Source: Octopus bimaculoides (lineage: Eukaryota). Taken from it: DNA of 64,000 nt. A program made the position numbers and the translations under genes. The stretch covers positions 154,579,935 to 154,643,934 of the forward strand of contig NC_068983.1 of NCBI RefSeq assembly GCF_001194135.2. Reading direction: 5' to 3'. This document shows, piece after piece, positions 12,271 through 25,049 of this stretch. Within the stretch, counting starts at the first letter, position 1, and each line of letters opens with the position of its first letter. The notes under the pieces were generated by a model. The model ran no database searches. It was given only the letters and a program-made list of their open reading frames with translations, and had not been told where the DNA came from.

Positions 12271-12986
12271 CATTTCTTTGCCGCAAGCGCGAAGGATGGG
12301 GGGAACAATACAAAGACAGATATAAAGTGTGGTTGTTTATGTATAATGGAGTGAGAAAAAAAAGCTACGTATACACGGTATACACTGAAAAAGAAGGGAC
12401 ATAGCGGGCTGGAGGTTGATAGAGATGTAGTCCTCCTGGTACAAGAGGACATTCTGGGATGATCGAGGAACACCACTGTCCGAGATTTCCTTGAACACCA
12501 AGAGCAAGTGCCCTTGCCAAATCCCTCTCTCCGATTTACAGGTCTACACTGAGAGAGGTACCATCCATTCTTGCCATTTCCGCAACTTTTACCCATCTTT
12601 CAATAAACTCAGTCGAGGACAGCACATCCCTCTCCATTCTCAATTTCCTTTCCAAGTGAAACTTGAAGAAGTTTATGAAAGCTCTACCAAGGAGGAATGT
12701 ATTTGTCCTCATGCATTTCAGCCTTGTCCGCCATACAACCTCTTTCGCCACATCCACCATAGGAAATCTGTTTTAACTTCCCGATTAAAGGAGGGTAGAA
12801 TGGCAACCATCACTACAGACTCGGCCGACAGACGGATCCGTCCCACATGTGACAGCAGCGGTTCGATATAACCCCACAAGTCAGCAATGCGCGGACACTG
12901 AACGAGGGCGTCCAGAACGATTTCGTCACTTTGCGCGCACCTTGGACAAGCCGTCTGACAGCACATCAGTGCCTGTAGGGTTTCTA
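12268..12986 (-). mobile_element. 5'-truncated Tx1/L1-like LINE 3' end, a diverged relative of 9400-11680
   Basis: CPRCAQSDEIVLDALVQCPRIADLWGYIE.. and AKEVVWRTRLKC align with the 9800-10165 ORF; the 3' UTR is homologous. Confidence 0.85.
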
Positions 12987-12999
12987 ATATAAATGATAA

Positions 13000-13177
13000 A
13001 CCTTTCTACTAGAGCCACTATGCATGAAATTTAGTGGAAGGGGTTAAGTCGATTACATCGACTCCAGGGTTTCACTGGTACTTAATTTATCGAACCCGAA
13101 GGGATGAAAGGCAAAGTCGACCTTGAGGGAATTTGAACTCAGAACGTAGATGTAGTTGAAATACCGCTAAGCATTTC
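13000..13177 (-). mobile_element. SINE-A copy, 5' part lost at a gap
   Basis: CCTTTCTACT..GTCGATTACATCGAC..CTGGTACTTAATTTATCGA..GAATTTGAACTCAGAACGT. Confidence 0.85.
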
Positions 13178-13503
13178 AAGAAGAAAAAGGAGGAGGGGAG
13201 AANNNNNNNNNNNNNNNNNNNNNNNNNNNNNNNNNNNNNNNNNNNNNNNNNNNNNNNNNNNNNNNNNNNNNNNNNNNNNNNNNNNNNNNNNNNNNNNNNN
13301 NNNNNNNNNNNNNNNNNNNNNNNNNNNNNNNNNNNNNNNNNNNNNNNNNNNNNNNNNNNNNNNNNNNNNNNNNNNNNNNNNNNNNNNNNNNNNNNNNNNN
13401 NNNNNNNNNNNNNNNNNNNNNNNNNNNNNNNNNNNNNNNNNNNNNNNNNNNAGCAGGAGGAGGAGGTGGTGGTGGTGGTAGTGGTGGTGGTGGTGGTGGC
13501 GGC

Positions 13504-13541
<38 letters not shown>

Positions 13542-13544
13542 TGT

Positions 13545-14200
13545 GAGTCTACTCAACCACCACCGCTCAGACGATAATCTTGATATCCCGATGTACAAGG
13601 ACCAGGTAACCACCGTCCATTTTTCCCAGTGCATTTACGATGTTAGCAGACTCTAATGAGTCCATAATACTTTGGGGCCGCTGACCGGTCCCCATTCAAC
13701 ATCATCTTAAACAGAGCAGTCCAGAAGAAGGGAGCTAGGAGACCACAGGATGTCTTCAATGTTAGTTAGTATGAAACGCTCACGTTTCATCACTTACAAC
13801 TTGTACTTGATGTCAGGCACAACACGTCTTATGGTGAACTCCTCCACCCTGAGCACGTTAGTTATAGCCTTGTAAACCTGTCGGAGTTGTTACGAAGTAC
13901 TGGACCTACTGAACGGACTCAGTTGCTCAGTCGATATCTGACTGCTGAGAATACTTTTTCTATGTCCATGTTCCTGAACTTAAACACCAAGAATCCGTCC
14001 AAGTAGCCAGTAATCTCCCAGTTTCTTAGGGCATGAAAAGTAGTGTGCTGCACTTTCATATCCTGAATCATATAGCAATTTATGCAATCTACAGTAACGG
14101 TGCAGTCGATATGCCTGAAATAGGAACGAGAACGTATAATATGCTGCACAACATTACTTTGTGTCGGTTTCCATTTTTGGTGCTTTGAAGTACTGTGCAC
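13545..14200 (-). pseudogene. Possible LINE ORF1 relic
   Basis: Interrupted coding-like frames (FLVFKFRNMDIEKVF; EEFTIRRVVPDIKYK..KRERFILTNIEDIL) loosely resemble Tx1/L1 ORF1; no diagnostic motif. Confidence 0.3.
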
Positions 14201-14399
14201 TACAATAAGTATCTACATCCAAGCTTTAATACAAACATATTACTCTACCTTTGGTATTCGAGTACTATTTTTTCCACCTTGTTTAGCACTTACGTGCTCA
14301 CCTGTGTGTATGTGTATATAGGTATACGTGTGCGAGTGCGCGCACGTGTGTGTCTGTGTCTGTGTCTCTGTGTGTACGCCTGTGTGTATGTGTGTGTGT

Positions 14400-14620
14400 G
14401 TCTTGTGTCTGTGCAGTCTTTCCCCCACCACCGCTTGACAACAGTTGCTAGTGTGTTTACGTTCCCGTAACTTAGCCGTTCAGTCAAAGACTCCGATAGA
14501 ATAAGTACCAGGATTTAAAGACTCCGATAGAATAAGTACCAGGATTTAAAGAAAAAGGTACTGGAGTCGATTCATTCGACTAAAATTACTTCAATGTGGT
14601 TCCCCAGCGTGGGCGAAGTC
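14400..14620 (+). mobile_element. SINE-C 3' part with an internal 31-bp tandem duplication
   Basis: CCCCCACCACCGCTTGACAAC..GTGTTTACGT.CCCGTAACTTAGC..; AAAGACTCCGATAGAATAAGTACCAGGATTT occurs twice (14486-14547). Confidence 0.8.
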
Positions 14621-14624
14621 TCAT

Positions 14625-14845
14625 GTATGAAACAGGCAAAAGGACAAAGACTCTGTTCGGTCATGAATGACCATGGGATTGCACCTAGAAAGTTCCCCTC
14701 TGAGGTACAAATCCGGGCAGGTTTGTTTATGGAGGATCAGCAGTTACCCATACATACCAGCCCCCCCCCTCTCCGCCTCTCCACGCTACCGAGGAAAGGT
14801 AAAGGCCGATACAGTTTGACACCAGTTACATCGCAACCCCTTTCT
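14625..14845 (-). mobile_element. SINE tail of type T2, head in the gap
   Basis: GTCATGAATGACC.TGGGATTGCAC.TAGAAAGTTCCCCTC matches 21810-21990. Confidence 0.8.
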
Positions 14846-15661
14846 NNNNNNNNNNNNNNNNNNNNNNNNNNNNNNNNNNNNNNNNNNNNNNNNNNNNNNN
14901 NNNNNNNNNNNNNNNNNNNNNNNNNNNNNNNNNNNNNNNNNNNNNNNNNNNNNNNNNNNNNNNNNNNNNNNNNNNNNNNNNNNNNNNNNNNNNNNNNNNN
15001 NNNNNNNNNNNNNNNNNNNNNNNNNNNNNNNNNNNNNNNNNNNNNNNNNNNNNNNNNNNNNNNNNNNNNNNNNNNNNNNNNNNNNNNNNNNNNNNNNNNN
15101 NNNNNNNNNNNNNNNNNNNNNNNNNNNNNNNNNNNNNNNNNNNNNNNNNNNNNNNNNNNNNNNNNNNNNNNNNNNNNNNNNNNNNNNNNNNNNNNNNNNN
15201 NNNNNNNNNNNNNNNNNNNNNNNNNNNNNNNNNNNNNNNNNNNNNNNNNNNNNNNNNNNNNNNNNNNNNNNNNNNNNNNNNNNNNNNNNNNNNNNNNNNN
15301 NNNNNNNNNNNNNNNNNNNNNNNNNNNNNNNNNNNNNNNNNNNNNNNNNNNNNNNNNNNNNNNNNNNNNNNNNNNNNNNNNNNNNNNNNNNNNNNNNNNN
15401 NNNNNNNNNNNNNNNNNNNNNNNNNNNNNNNNNNNNNNNNNNNNNNNNNNNNNNNNNNNNNNNNNNNNNNNNNNNNNNNNNNNNNNNNNNNNNNNNNNNN
15501 NNNNNNNNNNNNNNNNNNNNNNNNNNNNNNNNNNNNNNNNNNNNNNNNNNNNNNNNNNNNNNNNNNNNNNNNNNNNNNNNNNNNNNNNNNNNNNNNNNNN
15601 NNNNNNNNNNNNNNNNNNNNNNNNNNNNNNNNNNNNNNNNNNNNNNNNNNNNNNNNNNNNN

Positions 15662-15957
15662 NGTTTATTGAGCGAAAACACCTAAAGCTCCACGAGATTC
15701 CGGCAGGAGATGGTGGCGAACCCTGCTGTACTCTTTCACCACAACTTTTTCTCACTCTTACTTCCTGTTTCTGTTGTGCCTGTAATTCAAAGGGTCAGCC
15801 TTGTCACACTGTGTCACGCTGAATATCCCCGAGAGCTACGTTAAGGGTACACGTGTCTGTGGAGTGCTCAACCACTTGCCCGTTAATTTCACGAGCAGAC
15901 TGTTCCGTTGATCGGATCTACTGGAACCCTCGACGTCGTAAGCGACGGAGTGCCAAC
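15662..15957 (+). mobile_element. tRNA-headed SINE-D, 5' part in the gap
   Basis: GTTTATTGAGCGAAAACACCTAAAGCTC...GTCGTAAGCGACGGAGTGCCAAC, near-identical to 16445-16890 and the reverse complement of 47945-48327. Confidence 0.9.
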
Positions 15958-16105
15958 ATTTTATTCAGCATATTCCCCTCTCAGATTCACACACTTACTA
16001 TAGCGGTCCTTCAGTTTTTCTAAAATCTGTAAAAGAACTCGGAAGGTTGGGTTCCCAACCAGGCTGTCCGCAATAGCCTTAAAGCCAAGAAGTTTTCAGA
16101 ATATA
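15958..16105 (-). mobile_element. Mariner-derived MITE fragment interrupted by SINE-D
   Basis: Reverse complement reads CTGAAAA.TTC.TGGCTTTAAGG..CTGAAGGACC.CT..AGTAAGTGTGTGAATCTGAGAGGGGAATAT..TGAATAAAA, matching 23860-24075. Confidence 0.7.
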
Positions 16106-16444
16106 CTCGTATACCCAATTTATGTTTTTTATTTTCTAAGACGATAGAAGCTAATTTGAAGAATATCTATTTGCTATTTCTACTAATTCTATTGGTTGTG
16201 TCGACGCTCGCTAATCTTGCTGTCATTTCTAATGCTCTAGGCGGGGACTTGAGACATGCAGTACCAATTTCGGAACTAACGACTGGGTGATATTTTGCTG
16301 CACCTGTTTCACACCAGGTCTGTCCTGATCAAATCCCACCAAGTTCAAAAAGTATCCAGCGATGACCATCACATGTGTTTTTGTTTTTGGTGTAGTTCTT
16401 GGTTGCTGCTGATCTTGTATTGCATTATCTAATGCGGTCTTAGT

Positions 16445-16890
16445 GGAGGCGCAATGGCCCAGTGGTTAGGGCAGCGGACTCGCGCTCATAGGATCGCGGT
16501 TTCGATTCCCAGACCGGGCGTTGTGAGTGTTTATTGAGCGAAAACACCNNNNNNNNNNCGCGGTTTCGATTCCCAGACCGGGCGTTGTGAGTGTTTATTG
16601 AGCGAAAACACCTAAAGCTGCACGAGGCTCCGGCAGGGGATGGAGGCGAACCCTGCTGTACTCTTCCACCACAACTTTCTCTCAACCTTACTTCCTGTTT
16701 CTGTTGTGCCTGTAATTCAAAGAGCCAACCTTGTCATACTGTGTCACGCTGAATATCCCCGAGAACTACGTTAAGGGTACACGTGTCTGTGGAGTGCTCA
16801 GCCACTTGCACGTTAATTTCACGAGCGAGCTGTTCCGTTGATCGGATCAACTGGAACCCTCGATGTCGTAAGCGACGGAGTGCCAACAAC
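16445..16890 (+). mobile_element. Full-length tRNA(Arg)-like SINE-D with (CAA) tail
   Basis: A-box TGGCCCAGTGG, GACTCGC anticodon-like loop (TCG), B-box GGTTTCGATTCC, body and tail. The internal 10-N gap duplicates ~50 bp. Confidence 0.9.
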
Positions 16891-17724
16891 CTCTAAACAA
16901 CAGCAGCTGAGACAACAACGTCATACACATAGCTACATATTCAGTGTATAGTTACGTACTTTCTGGCAGTGTAGTGGAATATCCGAGTTGGTTAACCATT
17001 GGTCTTAATGCTTCGCTTCATTTAGTTACTTTCTTTGGCATTCGGAATTCAATTCCTGCTGACAACCACATTCCTTGTCATTTTCCTGCAGTTGATAAAA
17101 CATGTAGAACTATAATCTTTCCATAAAATTTGTCTTCTGCCAAGTTAAACATTTTCCCTTGAAAAATCAAAACTAATATCTGGAAATATTTTTGAGTATG
17201 TAGTACTGAGAAGCAAATTTGGCCCCAAGTGAAGTTTTGATAAAGTCGACTCTAGTCTATTCACATCGAACACCTACATTGAAGAGATCTGCAATGAACA
17301 ACAATACCGTTTATTAACTTTGCATCCGTGCAATTGAAACATGGAAAAAGCGTTAACTTGTCATGTCTGCTTGTGAATGACGACTATAGCTTGAAGGATA
17401 TTTGTGCGAAGTTTATTCTAATGAATGGATTGTGCAGGAATGTCGGGTGGTACCAGGATTCTGGAGCAACCGCCCTAGGAAAGTCGTTCTGATACCAGTT
17501 ATGTAGAGATTTTTCATGTATTTGGTGTCAGAAGGACGAACATTAGACCAAATTAACACCAAATTTTTGGAAGTAAATAGCATTGGACTAAATTTGTACA
17601 ATTTTAATCTTGTAAAGTACCAAATTGCAAACTTATTACAGTGTAAATTGTAAACTCCAGCACGAGAGAGTTTATCACAAACTCAGGTTCGAATCCTCTG
17701 CATACCTATTTCCACTAATATGGG

Positions 17725-18742
17725 TTTTAACACGAAGCCAGCAATTTTAGAAGACGGTAGTTAGCTGATGGCATCGATGCAGTGATAAAGTGGCATTTAC
17801 TTTCTCAACTCCGAAAGAATCAAGGGCAGACAATGTCAAGCTTGGGAGCAGTGAATTTCAGAATATAAATGCCGCTAAGGGTTTTAGTCTGGTGTGCTAA
17901 CGATTTTGCCAGCTCACCACCTTAATAGTTCCCCTAAAATCCCTAACATAAATCATGAATTTTACAGTTAGTACTGCTTAACTCATGAATCTATCTATCA
18001 CTAGCTGCAGGAACTTCTGATTGTGAATCGACAGAGAAGCCTGCATGTAACCGCTCCACTTGTGAGAAAAAAATTCACAACTTTCCCACAACCCACACTT
18101 TACCATCATACAAAACACAGGAGTTCATTACATAATTGTTTCTAAAGTTTGGCGCAAGACTAGCAGTTTTAGCGGTAGGGAATAAGTCAATTACAGCAAC
18201 CCCAGTGCTCAGCTGGTACTTTATTTTATCGACTCAGAATGAAGAAAAGACAACGATGACTTCAGCAGGATTTGAACTCAGAACGTAAAACCAGAAGAAA
18301 TGGCATTAAGCATTTTGTAAGGCATGCTAACGATTCCGCCAGCTTGCCGTCTTAAGACCGAATTAGATAATCTTTTCTACTAAAGGCACAAGGCTTGAAA
18401 TTTTACGGGCGGGAACAGACAATTACATCGGCCCCAGAGTTTCACTGGTACTTAATTTATCGACCCCGAAAGGTACAATCGACCTCGGCAGAATTTGAAC
18501 TCAGAACATGAAGACGCACGAAATGCGTATTTCGTTATTGCCCACAAGGGGCTAAACATAGAGGGAACAAACAAGAACAGACGAACGGATTAAGTTGATT
18601 ACATCGACCCCAGTGCATAACTGGTACTTAATTTATCGACCCCGAAAGGATGAAAGGTAAAGTCGACCTCGGCGGAATTTGAACTCAGAACGTAACGGCA
18701 GACGAAATGCCGCTAAGTATTTTTCCCGGCGTGCTTGCCGTC
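17725..18742 (-). mobile_element. SINE-A cluster (~17725-17925, 18140-18352, 18368-18527, and alternative-tail copy 18528-18742)
   Basis: Recurrent reverse-strand motifs; the flank CTTGCCGTCTTAAGACCG(A/C)ATTAGATAAT is duplicated at ~18343 and ~18735. Confidence 0.85.
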
Positions 18743-20473
18743 TTAAGACCGCATTAGATAATGCAATACAAGATCTACGGTCAGAAAATAAAATGGCATG
18801 TGCTCATGACTGGAATGTTTTGATCATAGGTTACCTTAATCAAGGTTCACATGAGGTCAAACAACAGCAAAAAAAGCTCTGATACGTCTTCATTGAAAAT
18901 ACCAAACAAATTATCTTTCATATGTATTTCAGGATATACTGATGGGGATTCCCTCTATTCGGTAAAGTGAGGTAGGAGATAATGTTGGAATCGTTCTAAC
19001 CTAAGACTTTATGATAACGAAACATATATCAGTTAAATTTTGCTAACTTCATTTGTGCCGAATTTGGCAACATTGATAGTGGCAGTAATAGCAGGTGCGA
19101 ATGGAAGTGAGTAGATTAATTTTTACATTTAAAGATGGATTAAAATATGTGTATGCATGTGTATTTGTGTGTATGTGTGTATGTATGCATTTTGGGTGTA
19201 CAAACAGAAAAAAAAGAATATTTAACACATGTAAGTAAGCAACGAAACTTGAAACGCGGGATGGCGCCGACGAAGTGATTATCCAACATCACCCGATTAN
19301 NNNNNNNNNNNNNNNNNNNNNNNNNNNNNNNNNNNNNNNNNNNNNNNNNNNNNNNNNNNNNNNNNNNNNNNNNNNNNNNNNNNNNNNNNNNNNNNNNNNN
19401 NNNNNNNNNNNNNNNNNNNNNNNNNNNNNNNNNNNNNNNNNNNNNNNNNNNNNNNNNNNNNNNNNNNNNNNNNNNNNNNNNNNNNNNNNNNNNNNNNNNN
19501 NNNNNNNNNNNNNNNNNNNNNNNNNNNNNNNNNNNNNNNNNNNNNNNNNNNNNNNNNNNNNNNNNNNNNNNNNNNNNNNNNNNNNNNNNNNNNNNNNNNN
19601 NNNNNNNNNNNNNNNNNNNNNNNNNNNNNNNNNNNNNNNNNNNNNNNNNNNNNNNNNNNNNNNNNNNNNNNNNNNNNNNNNNNNNNNNNNNNNNNNNNNN
19701 NNNNNNNNNNNNNNNNNNNNNNNNNNNNNTATATATATATATATATATATATGCGAATTTTATATGACATCTATGTATAGATATATATACGTGCGTGTAT
19801 ACATATATTTGTATGTGTTTGTGTGGTTGTGTGCGTGCATATATATGTGTGTGTATAATTATGAATATACGTATGTGCTTACATTGTGTGTAATTAGTAT
19901 GAATGTTTGCGTGTGCATACGTGTGTTCGAATGCACATAGAGATGGGTGTGCTTCCGGTATAAAAGTTTATATATAGAACGAGAAACGAACGATAGCTTT
20001 ATCTGACTGCACTGCTTTACTAAACAAACGATAAAGTTAATACAAGTGTGTAAGGAGTGTGTTCGGGGGGGGGGGCGTGTAGGGTGAGTACGCGCGTGTA
20101 CGTGCGTGTGTGTCTGTGTGTCGCTGTGTGTGTGTGTGGTTTTTTAGGCATCAATATCGGTGATGAGAGTAAGACAGAAAGAAGCTGAGAGATATTGAGT
20201 TGCATATAAATTCATATACAAATAAAAGGATATATATTTCTGTGTGGGCAGGGTTTATGTATTTGAAAATTTCCCCAGTGGGCCTTCTGTTGGCTACTAT
20301 ATTTAAGGTGGTGAGCCGAAAATAATTTTTAATCAATAGAAATGTATACTTGTATTTCTGACTATTTACATAGATACTTTCGCAGGGACATAGTGGAACG
20401 CTTCTTTGCAATTGAGTACTACGCTTAAATGCACTTACATAATGCACACAAGCATAGACACAGACAGACTTGC

Positions 20474-20519
<46 letters not shown>

Positions 20520-21799
20520 GGAGAGAGAGAGATGAATGTATGTATCTATATGTATGTATGCGAGTATATATATATGTGTGTGTGTGTGTGTGCCTGTGTG
20601 CGTGTATATATATAAATATACACATATATACATATGTATGTATGTGTGTATGTTGGTGTGCATTCGAACATACGTACACATTTTTTATTAGTGCAGATAA
20701 CAAATCGGGTCGTCGCCCTTTGTAGGCTCTGCCAGTCTCATAGATATGTACGGTTAATGTTCGTCTTTGACTTTTATGGGTCTGGTGGGAATACTGGAGT
20801 CATTCCGCTTAGCGTAGGACAGATTGGGAGTGGTTTCGTGAGATATCTGTAGAAGGAGACACGGCAGAAGTAATGAATTCTGCGAGTTAAGAGGGTAGAT
20901 GTGCTTTAACAGATTGCTATTTCAGAGAAATGGAGATCTTTGCAGTAGAGATAAATGGGAGTGTAACAGCGCGTATGTGGTAATGTGTAGTTTATCCAAT
21001 TACCGAGAAGAATTGCTCAGGGTCGGTATTGCAGGGAAATTAACAGTCAAGTAAGTGTTCTAATTTTTAACATAGTGAGGAAACATCCAATTTATTAATA
21101 TTTTTGTGGTGAGAAGAAAACAAACCCAGCGTTTCATGTTGGCAATTACTGGTGACAACCCGCAACATGTTTCTGCCTTATTAGACTGCCCCTGTGAAAC
21201 ACAAACCAGATTAGTGATATGGTGACAAGAGGATCTCTATATTGGTATACAATAGTAAATTGTAATATTATGATATAACTACAATAATGTACATGAAAAA
21301 AGAATAAAAGGATACATTGGATAAGCTATTTTACATAACACTAAAGAGACGGGTATTGGTGTTTGGTTTTTCTTTAACCGTAAGTTTGCTCAGCCTCGGA
21401 TGGCCCAGGACTACAAAGTAATGACAGGAATACAGAAGAAAAGCATATCTGTAAATTGTATCGGAGTTTTTAAAAGAACATATAATGTGATATCTTCGTT
21501 TAATGGGGGTTTCAAATTACCTCGTCATGTTAGCGGTGAATGTATGCTGTAATGTGACAGAGTTAAGTGTAAACCATGTCTCTACGTATGTAAGTATGAA
21601 TCTTGGCTTCCAATGCCTCTGTCGTTCAGAGCTCAGTATAAATCTGGCACTGAAATTGAAAGGTTTCTCTCCAAAGTGTAGACTCAGGCACTTTTATTTT
21701 TTTATTATTTTTACTTTGAAAGAAACCTGCAGTTGCTCATATGCTCAAACAGAGTGTCTTCCACTTTGTTCTCAAAGCCGCCAAATATGAGTAAAGTAA

Positions 21800-22137
21800 A
21801 GGCTTTCTTCAGTCATGAATGACCTTGGGATTGCACATAGAAAGTTCCCCTCCGAAGCACAAGTCCGGGCAAGGTTGTTTATGGAAGACCAGCAGTCACC
21901 CATACATACCAGCCACCCCCCACCCCCCATCGCTTCTTCACACCACTGAGGAAACCTAAATGCCGATACAGTGTAGCACCAGTGACGTTGCAACTCATTT
22001 CTACAGCTGAGTGAACTGGAGCCACGTGAAATAAAGTGTATTGCTCAAGAACACAACACACAGCCCGTTACGGGAAACGAACTTACTACCTCATGATTAT
22101 GAGCCCGAGGCTCTAACCACTGAGCCATGCGCCTTCT
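21800..22137 (-). mobile_element. tRNA-headed CORE-like SINE (head H2 plus tail T2)
   Basis: Reverse complement: GAAGGCGCATGGCTCAGTGGTTAG..TTGTGTTCTTGAGCAA.ACACTTTATTTCACGT.GCTCCAGTTCACTCAGCTG, then the T2 tail. The TTGAGCAA..ACTT segment resembles the CORE domain. Confidence 0.8.
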
Positions 22138-23784
22138 CAACTGAAGAGGTTTCAGGAAACCAGAATAAATAGCACAAGCTATTTTCGCCAATACAAAATT
22201 CTCCACCACATGTATACCTGCGATTAATGTACACTACTCTGAATTTGGGGGACAACCAAAACTTAGGGTGCAAAGTCTAGAAAGTGGGTCGAAGAAAACG
22301 AGTACATGGGAACTGCAATGGAGCAGTTTGACCGGAGATTTCCAGTCTCAAAGATGAGAGCCTTAACTTCGAAGTTCTCATGTCAGATGCGGTCAAATGC
22401 TGTATTGATGTCAAGGATAACAGCATTACGTAACGCTATAATTATACAATCAAGTTTAGTAATGAACATATAGTATTTTACCTTGTGATAGACACCATTT
22501 CAAACCACTTATGCGTGTATGTGTGTAAATATAAATATGCATATATACCAATGTATATAAATATACATGCACACACACATACATACACACACATATATAT
22601 GTATGTATATATATATATATTGCATTATCCTTAATCTGGGTTGTTCATTTTCGGATGTTCTTCCTAAGGTAAGACAAGTTTTTCATGTTTTGTTGCACAC
22701 ACGCATTTTTGCCAGTATATACGCAGTGAAGCTATACAATAGCGTCGTTTTTATATCGATTGCTATTCTCCAGCAAATATCGGTACCTTGTTGTACCATT
22801 CTTATGAATTTNNNNNNNNNNNNNATATATATATATATATATATATCCAGTTTATGTACAACATACATATGTATATATATATATATATCCAGCATATGTA
22901 CAACGTTTGCGCATGCAAGTGTTTCCGTGTATATACGAACACATATGTGTTTGTATGTATCTTATAAGCAGGTATTTATCTAGTCAAACACATTTCTACA
23001 GATACACTGTATATACATATCAGTTCTATTTATATTAATTGACGTTCATTTCTATTATATATATGTGTGTGTGTATGTATGTAAGTATGTATGCATGAAT
23101 GTATGTATGTATTATGTATTACGTATGTATATACATGCGTATATATTATGTATGTAAAAACACACATTCATGCATTCAAATATTTATGCATGCATACACA
23201 CGTTTACATATCTAAGCTCTTCTCCTTTTTTTTTTTCTTTTTAAAATTCTTTTTGATTACTTTAACTGAAAATTTTCACTGATAAAACTTCTAACCAGAA
23301 ACAGAATATCCATTTGCAGTAAGATATGTTTCAGGAAACCTCTTTTGCTTTTACTTCTATTTTACATTATATATTGATAGGAGAACTTCTGATTAGTATT
23401 GCTCAAGCGGTAGCCGAATATAGGACCGAGCAGGTGTTTAGATATTTCCAGATAATATGTACATTACTGATGGGAAACAGTAAGCAGAATTTTCCAGAGA
23501 CTTCTTTCTTCATTTATTCATTTATTTATCATATATTTATCTTCATAATAATTTGTATGCTTCTTCTTGTTGTGAAACTTTGATTTTCCCTGCTTTTTTT
23601 TTTTTTTTTGCTTTTTTCTAAATTTATTGATTTATTTAAATAAGGTTTTAAAATAAGAAAAGATACTCACATAACAAGTTCTGTTAGTTGATATGTGTGC
23701 GTGTGTGTAATTTATTTCAATTGAATGATGAGAAGTTTGTGGTTTCGAATTACAAATATTAAAAATAAAAATTCTTTCTAATTT

Positions 23785-24585
23785 TATGCACAAGACCAGC
23801 AATACTGAAGAAGCGAAGTTAGTCGATAACATCGAGCCCAGTATTTGACTGGTACTATAAGAAGGGGTGCTGAAAAGTTCCTGGCTTTGCGAAAGGCTAG
23901 TTGGAGGCCCAACGTTCCGAGTTCTGTGGCAGGGCTTTGAAAACCTGAAGGACCACTGCAATAGGTGTGTGAATTTGAGAAGGGAATATATTGAATAAAA
24001 TCATGATTAACTGATCGTTCTGTATTTTTTTTTTTTTTTGTTACCCAAAGCTAGGAACTATTTAGCAAACCCTCCTATATTATAAGTCGCGAATGGATAA
24101 AAGCAAAGTTTACATCATCGGAATGTGAAGTCTAATCATATAAAGTTGTAATCAAATATCACAGAGGAATTCTGTCTAACGATTCTAATCTACTACCTTT
24201 AAGTAATTTTCTTTTTAATTTAGACACACAACCAATAAATTTGAAGAGGTGCAGGCTAGCCGATGTCAACATCAGTACTTGACTGGTATTTTATTATTCC
24301 ACCTCGAACGGATGGTTCGAAAAATTAACCCGGTGAGATTTCAACAGAGAACACAAAGAATCAGAACCTATATTGCAAAGAATTTTCTTTGAAGCTCTAA
24401 TGGATCTAACAATCTACCGACTTAGATATGAATATTATTAATAATTCTTTTTGCAATAGGCATAAGGCCTAAATTTGTTGTGTTGGAGGCTAGTCGATTA
24501 CATCGACTCTCCTGCTAAGTTGGTATTTTATTGATCCTGAAAGGGATAAAAGGTGAAGTCGAACTCGGCAGCCTGGCCACCTTAT
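23785..24585 (-). mobile_element. Three decayed tandem SINE-A copies, the first split by a MITE
   Basis: CACAAGACCAGCAA..GTCGAT.ACATCGA.CCCAGT..CTGGTAC, then the MITE, then ..AAAGCAAAG..GGAATGTGAA; further copies at ~24220-24425 and 24450-24585. Confidence 0.7.
23860..24075 (+). mobile_element. 216-bp mariner-derived MITE with TA target duplication
   Basis: TA|AGAAGGGGTGCTGAAAAGTTCCTGGCTTT ... AAAGCTAGGAACTATTTAGCAAACCCTCC|TA; the interior encodes a mariner C-terminus, QGFENLKDHCNRCVNLRREYIE*. Confidence 0.8.
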
Positions 24586-25049
24586 CCCCCAAAGAATATA
24601 TTGTTGCTATTATGCAAAAGTGTCGTAAGTTCAAAACGTTGCTTTTACAGAGAACGAAAAACTAGTTTCACCATTCCATTTCATTTTACATTAGCAACAG
24701 TTTCTGCATAACAATAATACTTTGTTGGGTGCATAAAATCGTAACTTTATGCATGTATGATATTTTCAGTCAGAAATGCTTTTGCAAAATATCGTATGTG
24801 GGACTTACTACACTTTTGAAAAATGCTAAATCGTTGTACTACACATTGACAGTTCTTGATATCTTGGCACCTGAAGTAGCTGGAGATAAGATAGCTTGAC
24901 CAAAAGAACCGGCTATTGCAAGCAAAATTAAAAGTTGAAAAAAAAAACGTATTTGGCCAAATTTGGATATACGATATTTTAACATAATAGCAACGATATA
25001 CATATTAATAATTCTTTCTACTATAGACACAAGGTCTGAAATTTTGGTG

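Noticed and set aside
14594-15755. Long ORFs full of X, here and at 2.2, 8.5, 19.3, 28.8, 38.9, 49.3, 56.0, 58.6 and 60.4 kb
   Set aside because: Open only because they run through N gaps.
16445-16520. tRNA-Arg(TCG)-like gene
   Set aside because: A and B boxes are present, but there is no acceptor stem or poly-T terminator, it continues into the SINE body, and other copies have TSDs. It is a SINE head.
16497-16612. Apparent internal duplication in SINE-D
   Set aside because: It flanks a 10-N gap and is absent from other SINE-D copies; assembly overlap artefact.
17100-17640. Possible CR1/L2 3' relic (LYITGIR..)
   Set aside because: Only one weak motif; not enough to call.
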